Under the pieces are notes generated by a model. That model made no database searches and was not told the origin of the DNA. It saw only the letters and a list, made by a program, of their open reading frames with translations. Both the position numbers and the translations under genes were made by a program. Of a DNA stretch of 64,000 nucleotides, positions 1-11,859 are shown piece by piece; the stretch's first letter is position 1, and each line of letters begins with the position of its first letter. The stretch is taken from the NCBI GenBank assembly GCA_030704615.1, contig CM060731.1:37510001-37574000 (forward strand), written 5' to 3'. This stretch comes from Takakia lepidozioides. Its lineage: Eukaryota; Plantae; Bryophyta.

Positions 1-210
1 CACACTACCACTGGCACCATATCCGTAACACCCACAGAACCTTGCTGTAATCTTCACTCTTTCACACCGTGCAATCCCCACAATTCGACCACCCAACAGC
101 CAATGCGATTACCTTTCGCTCCCAGCACAATGTACTTCGCCAAGTATCCTCCACACAAGCTCTGCTACCACCTCCTGATCGTTCACGCCAACCCTTGCTT
201 TGTAAACTCC

Positions 211-211
211 C

Positions 212-250
<39 letters not shown>
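211..250. repeat. (GTCT)n/(CT)n microsatellite
   Basis: Direct reading: ctgtctgtct... followed by ctctctct. Confidence 0.9.
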
Positions 251-1604
251 TCTCGCACAATCCTGCAGCACAGCTCTTGCTGATCTCCTCGCATTCCATA
301 TCCACAAGCCCAAAAAATCCGGAACAGGCTCGGCACTGAGGCTGCGGAGAGCCACGCAGCCACAAAGAGCAAAAATATCGGCTAAGCCTTAGCCTCGTTC
401 TTGGCTCGGCAATGCTCTAATAGCCACTATTCTGGCTCAGAATACAGGTTCGGGGCAATCTTAGACTGCCCACCCTTCCGAACCTACCGCCGAACCGAGA
501 TTTGAGGATTTGCTTTCTGGCTGTTTTGAGATTTCACAAAGCTTCTGACAGGTAAGAGCTTTCCATAATCTTGGCCATAGTCAGAAAGAGAAGTTCATAT
601 TGGAGATGATTCAGGCAATCAGCCGCATCACTGGTCCAGTTTGATCACAATGTCTTGCTGCTGAGATGCTTGGGGGAGAAAATCCTGAGGGTGATCCAAC
701 ACATCTCTCAGGACACAACAAAATGCTTCTTGTCCTGCACCCAAGATTTTCCAGGATCTCTACTCTGGAAGCTCGAACAACTCCGAGGACTCTGCGCTGT
801 GTTACGCACTAGGTGAGCATCATAGTTGGCATGGTGCATTTGAAGTTTCAAGTACATTACTGCAGGCTGCAAATGTTGATACCAAATATGGTAAAGAAAG
901 AGAGAGTGGAATTGTTGCATTCATATCATACTGAGTAGAGACTAGAGACGCCCGGCCAGCTGGGCCTATATTGCCCTGTCACGCTTGAATCCACTTCAGG
1001 AAAGTTGCCATGATGTTTCTGCTTCTCATGACCTGACGCATTGTGGTACTGGAACTTTGACTGAAGATCCACTTATCATATTAGATATATTAGTGCTCCC
1101 ACACCACTGATAGTCCCACAAGTTTACCTGAAAATCCCAGATAGGGAAATGGCATACTCAGGTTTACATGCACTCCCACATATCATCCTTGGCTTAAACA
1201 CAGAATGTTGTGGAATCTGCATGACTTTTGCCCATTGAAAGATTTAGACCAACTTTGTGAGATTACATGCCCAATACTCGCACAACAACAGCTCCATGCC
1301 TGTAATCTCAGAGTGTTGAAGTAAGCTCTGTTTTGTGCCTTCTCAACTTCCATCTTCTGGGTCATTGTGGACACCGTCCCAAGGCAACTCATTCATCCTA
1401 CCACGGAGGCCTAGTAGCTTTCCTGTAACTACTGTTCAGCAGACTCCTCACACTTCACCATGCTTTTGACTCTTTCTGCATGGTTGACCTGTTCCTCTTT
1501 CCAGAAAGCAGATACTGGGTAGGAGAAGAAATGGGCTTTATATGAGAGTGAGTTAGAAACAGAGAAAGAGAAAGAACATATAAGAATGCTAAGATACTTT
1601 TCTC

Positions 1605-3462
1605 TCATGATGGTTGTGCTGCAGGCTTGTCACCCTCAGCCTCCTCAGCTTCTTTTCCTTGTGGCTCAGGAGCACCCGCAGGTTCATCATCCTCAGGGAG
1701 TTGAGGGGGCGGGGGCAGTGTCCCTTCGACCATGCCCAAAAATTGATCTACAAGTGAGCCTGACAGCCGCTCATCACAGTCTTCCACTATCTGTCACTCA
1801 TGGCAACATGATCTTCTGTAAGCTCTTTGGGGTTTCTGTGGATGTTATCCAGTTTCTTTCTTTCTTTTGTCCCCCCATCTGCTCCGTGCAAACTGGCAAC
1901 TAGGTCTATGAATACAAAGGTGCAACAATAAAAATCTCATGAACGCCTGAGAATCATTCTCACCCCCTTTCTCTTGCCCCGGCTCTGCCCAAATTGAAAT
2001 TTGTCACAAAGTAGCTAATGCTACTTCAAGAATGCAAGATCAGACTACCACAAACAATCTCTAGTACAATCTCATACACATTCTTAGAAGGGGAATAACG
2101 AAATTAGGCAGAGCACATGCAACTAAGTAAGGCAGGGATCAGAAAACCCATACTGGGCCTGTTCAGTTGCCTGATTCTTCTCCCAATGACTCAAAGGAGC
2201 CCTGAGTACCGAACTGCAAAGTGATGCCGCAGGCACAGGTAGAGCAAGCAGTATGACCTCCACCAACAGCAGATGTGGATAAGAACCCAGAAATCCAAGT
2301 ATATTTCTGAAGACCACATATGTAGGACAGCTAAAGAACATTACCAAGTGAACTTCAACAGCAGTAGAAGGTCGCAAGTTGCTGGCCTGAAGGCGCTCAG
2401 CCTTAGTAAGCTTGTACTGCTCTGCCTCATTTATGAAATTTTCTAAGTCTTTTCGTGTCTGTGACGCTGCTGAAGACGTCATCAAGTACTCATAAGCCTG
2501 TAGGCCACAGTATCCTTCACCTCATCAAAAGTCTATTATCCACCTTCCCTCCCTCCAACCCTTCATGGTAGTGGCAAATTGGAACAGAGATGAAAGAAGC
2601 AGAGACGTTTGCATCATGTAGGGACCTTCATTTTGACCGGGATGAGAAAAGACAATATACATCTCTAGAGTGCGGATGAGGAGTAGAAAAATGAACTAAA
2701 ATACAAGTAGGAAGTAGGGTTCAGGGTTTGGGTGCAATTGAACAGTTGGCAGGTCTTGCCGGCGGGGGCTACTAAACTCAGGTGAGCAGAACACATGATT
2801 TTGGCGTAATTTCCACACAACTGTCCACGCACTAGTCTTTGAGAAGATTAACCTCGAAAGGCAAATCTCCCAGAAATTGGCCAACTTCGAATGTGGAAAC
2901 AGCGCGCAAGCCTCTGATTTGAAGAGTAATGACTGATAATGTCACTCTCTACGGTAGGGTCATTTGAAAGTGACAGAATTTCTTTGGCATTCGAACCTTA
3001 CACAATTCGAATATCAGGCCCACCAAATGAAGAGGGAAAGGAGAAGTGAAGGAAATTTAACGTCGCTCTACTATCGGGCCACAGGGCCAATGGAAGGATG
3101 TGTATGTGGGAGAGATTGTGAGAGAAAGAGAAGATCTACCTTGAATTCAGGAGCAGAGAGATAGCCTCCACCCAAGCCTTTATCAGCTCCGCGGGATTTC
3201 AACAAATCCAGCACTTCGAAATTGGACAAAAGACCCGCGTTTGTCTCCAGGCTTCATCCCCACAAAAATTTAGTTCCAAAGATCAGTACAAATCTTTCAA
3301 ATCATAAACAGAACTAATGCGGCCTCCTGCCCACCCCACACCTTCTTTCCCTCTCTCAAAATGCAACAACACGCCCAGAAATACCATCACTAGTCCTTGA
3401 CATGAAAAGAGCCCAAGCCTACCCTCACATACAACAGCAGCGAAGAGGGCGTACACTTTCAT
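1605..3462 (-). CDS. RPC17: DNA-directed RNA polymerase III subunit RPC9/RPC17 (CRCP/Rpb4 family), 4 exons: 3462-3455, 3251-3140, 2497-2345, 1790-1605
   Basis: Spliced translation MKVLETNAGLLSNFEVLDLLKSRG...EFK/AYEYL...YKLTKAERLQASNLRPSTAVEVHL/IVEDCDERL matches plant RPC17 motifs. GT-AG junctions keep the frame. Acidic/Pro-rich tail. Confidence 0.85.
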
Positions 3463-3495
3463 GGCAGCGATGGTGCGTCTCTCCTCTCTCCTTCA

Positions 3496-3721
3496 CAGTG
3501 CACTCCCACGACGAGCAAACGAACAAAGTACCGGATCAGCGAGCGACAGCGTGATTTTCTGAACGAACGAAAACATCCAGATGAACGAAGAGAACGAGCA
3601 AAGATTGACTGAACGAAACAAATAACTGGACGAACAGATGGTTACGTGCACGGATATCATATGTAAGTGGATGACAAACACTCCGAGGTTTAGGGTTCGG
3701 GTTCAGCGCGTTTGTGCACTG
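3496..3721. mobile_element. Possible MITE (CAGTGCAC...GTGCACTG) in the RPC17/helicase divergent promoter
   Basis: 8-9 bp terminal inverted repeat, right flank TA but left flank CA. Internal GAACGAA repeats and telomere-like GGTTTAGGGTT. Confidence 0.3.
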
Positions 3722-3967
3722 TATCAGGGTTTTAGGGTTCAGCTAACTGCTGGTTGTGGCTAGGGCTTGGACGATATTCCTCGGATTCTCTGGAGAAATT
3801 TGCAGTAGAGATTGAGAGAGAGAGACGGTGCTCGAGTTCGGGTCGAGATGAAGAAGATGTGAATGGAGTTTTAAGACTGAGAAACTGAGTCGGCAACGTG
3901 CGAAGAAGAGAAGGTTTGGAAAGAGAGAGAACGTCCTCATAAGACATTGTTGGCTGTACCGTTTGGA

Positions 3968-3969
<2 letters not shown>

Positions 3970-4000
<31 letters not shown>
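3970..4000. repeat. (GA)n microsatellite upstream of the helicase
   Basis: Direct reading. Confidence 0.9.
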
Positions 4001-4005
<5 letters not shown>

Positions 4006-4178
4006 GGGATATTTAAGGATTGAAGAGGGTGCTACAATGCGTTCTCTTTGTTTGGTGTGTATGGTGTGCCCAGATTGCAGAAGGCCAGCAGGTCCTGTAG
4101 TGGATCCATGATAGAGCGGCGGGGCACCAGCAGCATCGAATGCAACTGTGTTTTTCTCAAACCCTCTAGTATCGTGCA

Positions 4179-7100
4179 ATGCTGCAAGTGTGCCGCTTTC
4201 AATCACAAAGGCGGGTTCTTCGATGGCCATACAATTGTTATGGCGACCAATTCAAAAGTTTGGAGGTCTTTCCGCAGCTCTCTGAGTTCCCATCACAGAG
4301 GTGTGGAGATAAGATGCGACCACGGTTCTCAATGTTGGGTTGTTTTTCAAAATCCAAGGGCTGCAAACCACTCGGGTTGCCCGCATTCTTTAAGTATAAT
4401 CCTGCGACACTTTCCTCACTTGGCGAGGCCCCGGTTAGCAGGTTGTATTCATTGGGAAGAAGTGATCGAATTCGAGCAGTAAGCCTCAATGACCACCAGA
4501 GGATACTTAATGACGTAGCTCTCAGGCCGGCGACGCAGGTCCGAGAGCTTGCGTATTACTCCCCCGCGCAATTCTCAGATGACGAAGAAGGAGGAAGATT
4601 TGACAGTGACGTTACTTATTCTGTAGACTTAGATGGATGGAGGTGGCGATTGAACCGATTTATGCAGAGAAAGGATGAGCAGGAAATGCTTTCCAAGGAT
4701 AAGAAGGATCGGCAAGATTACGTTCATATCCTACCCTTGGTGAAGCAGATGGGCCTCCATTGCCAGTTGTATGGGAAGGCAATAGTCATTAGCAGATTTC
4801 CCTTGCCAAATTACAGACCTGACTTGGACGATCGGCGGCCACAGCGGGAGGTAAACATATTTATGTCTGACGCATTCTTATGTTTGATCTAAAGTCTCCT
4901 CGACGACCAACAACATTCCATGTTGTGTAACAGTCAGCAATAGATATGAATTGGGCTGTTTTTTGAATTCAAGCATGGCTAGGATATTCTCTGTCGGTTA
5001 TGGCCTTTAAATTGGGGACAGTTTGAAGAGGTTGACAGACCCTAACCTGTCCACAATCACTCTCACTTGCTCTCTCTGGTATAGCATCAACCAACATGAT
5101 TAGAAAGCCATAAGCCACATGCACTAACACACACAGAGACAGAGGTGCGAGCACGTCAGTGGGTAGAACGCAATCCCCTATTAGTACTAAGAAAAGTTCT
5201 CACATGGACTGCAGGTAGTATTCCCGAGCAAAACACAAAAAACAGTTGATATCCTTCTTAAAGAGCACACAGCGCGCAAAATGCTTTACTCATTGGCAAG
5301 GCTAGAGGATGAGTTATCAGAGAAGGGTTCCACCAGTGGTCTATCAGAGGAGGAAATGAAAAGAGATCAACTTGAAGAGGGCCTGAAGCAAGGCGAAGGA
5401 CATGTGGTGATACCCAGCATGGTCTCAGCAGAAGAGGAGGTGCTGAGAAGAAGGAACAGACAGATACGTAACAAGCAGAAAAGCTGGCATGAGTCTGAGG
5501 AGGGGGAGAAAATGCGGGCCTTCCGCAAGACACTGCCTGCCTACAAAGAGAGAGAGGGATTATTGGCGGCCATCTCAAAGAATCAGGTTTTTGTCTGCTT
5601 GCTTGGATTTTCCGTTCTGTATCCTCATCAGCATCACCCTTTTTGCAATCCACTTACACCAACCCATTGTGACTTACATGTATGATTGCAGGTAGTGGTG
5701 GTGTCTGGGGAGACAGGCTGCGGTAAAACCACACAATTGCCACAGTACATATTGGAGTCAGAGATTGAAGCTGGGCGTGGAGCCACTTGTAATATAATTT
5801 GCACTCAGCCACGAAGAATCTCGGCTGTCTCTGTGGCTGAGAGAGTGGCGGCAGAGAGAGGGGAAGAGATTGGAGAGTCTGTTGGCTATAAGGTTCGGTT
5901 GGAGGGCATGAGGGGTAGGAACACACAACTTTTGTTTTGTACTACAGGTATATTGCTACGAAAATTGATGGGGGATCCTGAGCTAAAAGGCGTGAGCCAT
6001 GTGATTGTGGATGAGATACATGAGAGAGGAATGAATGAAGATTTCTTGTTGATTGTGTTGAAGGATCTTCTTTACCGACGGCCTGACCTCCGGTTGATAC
6101 TTATGAGCGCAACCCTCAATGCAGAGCTTTTTTCTTCCTTCTTCAATGAAGCCCCCATGTTTCATATTCCAGGATTCACTCACCCTGTTCAGGCATATTA
6201 CTTGGAAGATGTTTTAGAGATAACTGGGCACCGGCTCACTGCATCAAACCAAATTGATGACTATGGCCAAGACAAGATGTGGAGGATGAAGAAACAGTAC
6301 CTTACAAGTCGAAGAAAAACTGACTTGAATAGTTTAGCTGATGAGGCTATGGCGAAGCGCGATCACGACGACTATAGCCCCTTCACCCAGGATTCATTGG
6401 CATGTTGGAACCCAGACACCCTAGGCTTTAATCTGATAGAGAGAGTGTTGTGTCACATCACAAGAGAAGAGAGAGAGGGCGCAGTGTTGGTCTTCATGAC
6501 AGGGTTGGAAGACATCTCTGCTTTGATGGAGAAGCTTCAATCTCACCCACTGTTAGGGAAGACGGAACGTGTTCAACTCATTGCTTGCCATGGGTCAATG
6601 GGGACAGCTGAACAGAAGCTTATCTTTGGGCTCCCACCATCAGGGGTGCGGAAGATTGTACTGGCAACCAACATGGCAGAAACAAGTATTACAATCAATG
6701 ATGTAGTCTTTGTTGTTGACTGTGGAAAAGCCAAAGAAACTTCTTATGATGCTTTGAACAATACTCCATGTCTGTTACCTACATGGATTTCACAGGCCTC
6801 TGCCCGACAACGCCGTGGGCGGGCGGGCCGGGTTAAGCCTGGGGTGTGCTACCATTTATACCCAAGATCCGTGTATGATGCTTTTGCAGAGTTTCAACGA
6901 CCTGAGCTTCTTCGCACACCCCTCCACTCTTTGTGCCTCCAAATCAAGAGCTTGAAATTGGGCAGCATCAGCCAATTCCTGTCACGGGCTCTGCAGCCAC
7001 CAGAGGGCCGGGCAGTCCAAAATTCCATAGAGTTGCTGAAGACCATGGGGGCACTGGATGACAAAGAAGATCTCACAAACCTTGGCCATCATTTATCACT

Positions 7101-8772
7101 TCTCCCGGTCGAACCCAAGATAGGGAAAATGCTGATTATGGGCTCCATTTGTGGATGCCTGGATCCAGTGCTTACAATTGCAGCTGGCCTTGCTGTTCGT
7201 GACCCTTTCCTGATGCCCATGGACAAGAAGGTGCCTGCTGAGTTAGCAAAGTCCAGTTTGGCTGGAAGTGATTTTAGTGACCACATAGCATTAGTTCGTG
7301 CATATGATGGCTGGCAAAATGCGATGACAGAAGGAAACGGGTTTGATTACTGCTGGAAGAACTTCCTCTCCTTTCAGACCTTGCAGGGCATGAGCTCCCT
7401 CCGGCGACAGTTTGCCAACCTTTTGACAGAGGCTGGGTTCCTGGACAGTGACATAGCACATTTCAATCAGCATAGCAGGAATTGGGACCTCGTGAGGGGT
7501 GTTATTTGTGCTGGCATGTTCCCTGGGGTTGTATCTGTGGTTCCGAAGACTAGGTTGCTGCACTTCTCCCATTAATAATCTTTTATCTTTGTATTTGGCT
7601 GTAGTCAATGAGTTCTTTTCTTTGGAAGCAGCTACTTCGATGTAGTGGGTAGTTAAATTTCCACGCTCAGACCAAAAGGTCTATATATCCTCCATCATTT
7701 TGAAAGGCAGCAATTCCTTTTCTCAGAAATTATTGTTTTGATTCAGGTCAACATTATTCAAGACGATCGAGGATGGTCAGGTGCTGCTACATTCAAATTC
7801 TGTGAATGCCAAGGATCTGATGATTTCGTATCCTTGGCTGGTTTTCAATGAGAAAGTAAAGACGTCGAGTGTGATGGTTCGGGATACTACAGGGGTTTCT
7901 GATTCCATGCTACTTTTATTTGGTGGTCAGGTAGGCACCAACAACTTCAAATGTTTTCACAATGCAGTGTCATACCTGTTTGGTTGCTGCAGTGTGGGAG
8001 CTGTTTCATAGGTGTGGGAGGTAGAAGCAGTGCTCAATCTAAATCAAATAGTATTAGCACTCGATCAATTCTGTAATGTGATTGTTTGTCAACCTCTTGG
8101 TGAGCACTTCAGCCTTAAGGCATAAGTTCCATAGGCTGGTTGGTCAAAACCCATCCACAAACAGCCAATGTGAGTCTTCCACTCTATGTGTGTAGTGTTT
8201 TGCTAGTTGTTGCATCTGTCCTTACAAAACTTGCTATGCAGGTGAGTCCTGGTGGGGAACCTGGCCATTTGGTCATGCAGGGTGGCTACCTAGAATTTTT
8301 CATGCAACCTGAAGTGGCCACTATGTATTTAAGAGTGCAGAAAGAGCTGGATGATCTACTGCACAAGAAATTGGCAACCCCAGAAATGGATATTTATGAT
8401 GAAGGGAAGCTGCTGATGAGAGCTGTTTTTGACGTATTGCATGCTGACTGCTGTGAGGGGGCTTTTACTTTTGGACGCAAAGTCAAAAGCCCTCCTGTAG
8501 TCAAAAGCCCTCCTGCGGTGACCAGGCAGATGGATGAGACAGATGTCAAGGGGATGCTGCAAACTTTGTTGACACGGGCTGGAAAGAAAATCCCTCAATA
8601 TAAGACACGTATGCTTAAGGGCCAGCAGTACCAGTCTTCTGTTGAAGTGAAAGGTAGGACATTTACTGGGAATCCTGCACGCACCAAGAAAGAAGCCGAG
8701 AAGAGTGCGAGTGCAATTGCCCTAGAGTGGATGACTGGTGTCTCAAAGACAAGGAAAGAGCGGATGGCTTAG
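4179..8772 (+). CDS. DExH-box ATP-dependent RNA helicase (DExH3/DExH5-like, DHX36/57 family) with C-terminal dsRBD; exons 4179-4850, 5215-5586, 5692-7553, 7747-7930, 8242-8772
   Basis: [13 protein letters not shown] (Walker A), [36 protein letters not shown]2 region, dsRBD-like [13 protein letters not shown]. All introns GT-AG and frame-consistent. Start codon less certain. Confidence 0.92.
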
Positions 8773-10371
8773 AGGCAAGCCTTGGCTGGTATCTCGGGGA
8801 GCTACAGTGCTTTGGACTTCCAAAAGCAAGCACAGAAGATATTTGGTTCTGAAAGTCATTGGACAAGCATGGGAAGTGAAAATTGCAAGACGAGAAAGTT
8901 GTAGCACAGCTACCTTTGCAGTACAAAGTGAAGAGAGACAAGTGCTTCACAGGTCTGTCTTGACAAAGGATCTGACTCATAAAAGCAACAGCTTGCATTC
9001 ACTGCGCGATCTTAATTTTTCTCCTTCACAGGTCTTCGAATAAATCCTGAGTATAAGTTTGTCGAACCAGGGAGATTCTTCCATGTAAGGACTGCTTGCA
9101 GGCACAACTTAAGATGAAGTATTTCCATCAAATCTTTTTGGGAAGGTCTAATCTGTGGTATATGTTCTGGCTTAAAGCTGGCTGGGAGTATGTCCTCACG
9201 GAGGTCATCAAATTGGTATAGCATGATCTAGAGCTGGTGCATTCTTGGGAAAAGGCAAGAAATTCTGAGCCACTTTTCCCTCGACAGTGTAGCTCTCAGT
9301 ACGTGTGGAAACGAATGATAGCAGCATCCAGCGCAAAGCAGCAAGAAACGACTTGAAGTCACCTGCCATGTTACAGGTATGGGCTGTCCTCTCCTGTTCT
9401 TCAATTGTTCCAAGTTCAGGGGTTTGTTGTTCTGTGACCTGTATGTTTTAGTCAGTGACAGGACTCGAATATTGTTGGCTTCTTACTCAGGTCTCGCACA
9501 GTGATGAACTGATTGCTGGTGAATCCGGCTTCGCACATAACATGGAGAGGGTTACAATGAGGCACAGGCTACATTTAAACCAATGAAAGCTCAACTCATG
9601 ACAAATTGTCACAGCTTGATGGGCTCTTATGGAGGATTCTACAGTGGTTGGATCAGTTGCAGATACAATTGGAACATAAAGGCTAATATGTTTAGCAGAG
9701 TAGTGGTGAGTTGATTGCCTCATCTGCTATTTTCTGTTGTGTTGTCTTCCTTTACTCATCACCATTGGGTTGGTCCTTCACGTTGAACTGTAGAAAGTCG
9801 TTTGCTCTGCTGTTTCAATTTATTACTTCTGAGACCAGTTCTTGGTGCAGGTTTCCTTTGTATTTGTGTCTGAATAGACACTGTGGCTCCATTACTCCCT
9901 CAGTTTTGCCTGGAATTTCTTAGCCACCTAGAATAACAACATTCCAAATAGACATTACAGGTGGACAACTTGGGTCTCTGCATTAGAAAGGGTTAACTGC
10001 TGGGGCAAATTAGAAACGGCAGAAAAAACAGCTCCGATCGTCAAGGATCTTCAAGGTAAATAGTTTCTTCTGATGACTGCAAAAGTATATGGGAAACTTC
10101 TAACTTGCACTTTTTGGGGAGCTACTGTGGAAAATTACAACTCATTTCACATGTAAGAGCTGACCATTGGGTTGTCCTTGCACCCCTTCCCCAATATAAA
10201 TGTTCCATTTCCAGGAGCATTCCACAAAAACTGGGTTGGTCAAATTCACTAGACGTTAAACAAACTGCCCCTTATTTTTTATTTTATTTTTAAAAGAGAA
10301 AGGGGACAGAGGCCCTTTTAATCAAATTAAATGGAGTGAAGATTCACATAGGGTGGAAAAATAACCACCAG

Positions 10372-10440
10372 GGATGGATGGCATGAAGCCAAACAGCAAC
10401 ACCTTTATATCTCTTCTCTCAGCATGTAGCCATGCAGGCC
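10372..10440 (+). pseudogene. PLS-class PPR gene fragment
   Basis: Translates to MDGMKPNSNTFISLLSACSHAG, a typical PLS-PPR motif. No surrounding ORF. Confidence 0.65.
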
Positions 10441-10888
10441 GTAGAGGGCTCACTGAGGGGGAACTTCCCCGTGACCAAGCATACTAGCTAAGAGCAAAGA
10501 AGATGGAGAAGCAGGATAGAAAAGACTGCAGCCAGTGCATGAGGAGAGACAAAGCAAGTGAGCCTAAAGAGCAAAGCTGGTAAGCAGCCAAGGAAGATGA
10601 TAACAAGTAGAACAGCTGCCTGGTGGCAATTGTAGTACCCAAGTTTGAGAATAGAAACATGAGCTACATGCTACATTCAGCTGGGTCCTAAACTTGGCAA
10701 CGCGAGGTTTTTTGTGCAGCATGAATTAAGATAAGCTGAAAAAAATTCATCTTTTCTTAGATAAAGACTTTTTCAGCTAAAAGATACTTTTTAGTTATCC
10801 ACTTTTCTTATGCTCTTTTTGAGACAACACTTATTTAGTAGTATACAAGTTGGGGGTGAGGCTCATTGCACTTCACTCCATTTCTTTC

Positions 10889-10931
10889 TTCTCACTGATG
10901 AGCTCAGATTTTGAGCGAAAGTAGTCTGGGG
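10889..10931 (+). ncRNA. Minimal type I hammerhead-ribozyme-like motif (probably Penelope-like/retrozyme derived, degenerate)
   Basis: ctca-CTGATGA-gctca(gattt)tgagc-GAAA-gta-GTC-tggg: catalytic core boxes, 5-bp stem II and stem I with G-U pairs. Stem III is imperfect (GAAAGTAGTC vs expected GAAACTAGTC). Confidence 0.55.
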
Positions 10932-11859
10932 CTTATAAAGATTTGCATATAAGTGTTTTTTGTCTCGCTTTCTCATTTGTACCTTATAGTTGTATACTTT
11001 AGACTTTTTGTCTAGTGTTGCACATGCTGCTAGGTTTCTCTAATGTGTGTTTTCTCTTCTATAAGAGAGAGATTATTGTTCTCCTGTTTTTACAGTGAAA
11101 CAGTTTCAATCATACACTTTCGTCATTTGCATATCTTTGCAGTTGTGCTTTAGAAAATCTAAGAAATGGATGAGAGAATGGGGATGAATGCAAACAATAT
11201 GAGGATTAGATAATGGGATTGTGACTATAAGTAGGAACATAGAAGGGGATCCAAGAAGCTGGAAAAACCTATCTTTAAAATACAATTGAAACATTAATGT
11301 GACATGATCACTACATGTCATAAAATTTGATTAGTGTCCGTCATTGTACCACTCCAAAATCATCTTAATTACTTATGCAAATCAGCTAAGTGTGCTGCTA
11401 AACAAACACCAAAAAGAGACAAATATAGCATAGTGGCGGCCCAATCCATTAAGTGCTAGGGAGCCACCGTTTCGGCCCACCGCTATCTGAATAAAAACCA
11501 TGATGAGAGGTGGATAACTAATAGGATGGTTGGGTGTTATACCCTCTACCTCCATAAAAAACTACTCGTCACTTCATCCATCAAGATCACTTTTAGTTTT
11601 CATGCATTCACCTACTTACTAAAAACGTCTACTCTAAGTGCATGCCTCACATCATGTGCTACCACTAGTCAGACATCGTTACATGCACCTTGGGCCCTTG
11701 ATCCCCCACTTGAGTGAAAGTCTATAATTTGTTTTCATCCTGACCACCTTCCATCCTTTGTGACTATTTCCATTGAAGCTAATTCACACAACATCTAGCT
11801 AGATTTGGTCTATTATATTATTTTTCACTTCTGGATCTAGATATCACATGGTTCACAAC

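Noticed and set aside
62-392. Overlapping short ORFs at the window start
   Set aside because: Generated by the (GTCT)n/(CT)n microsatellite, with no recognisable domain.
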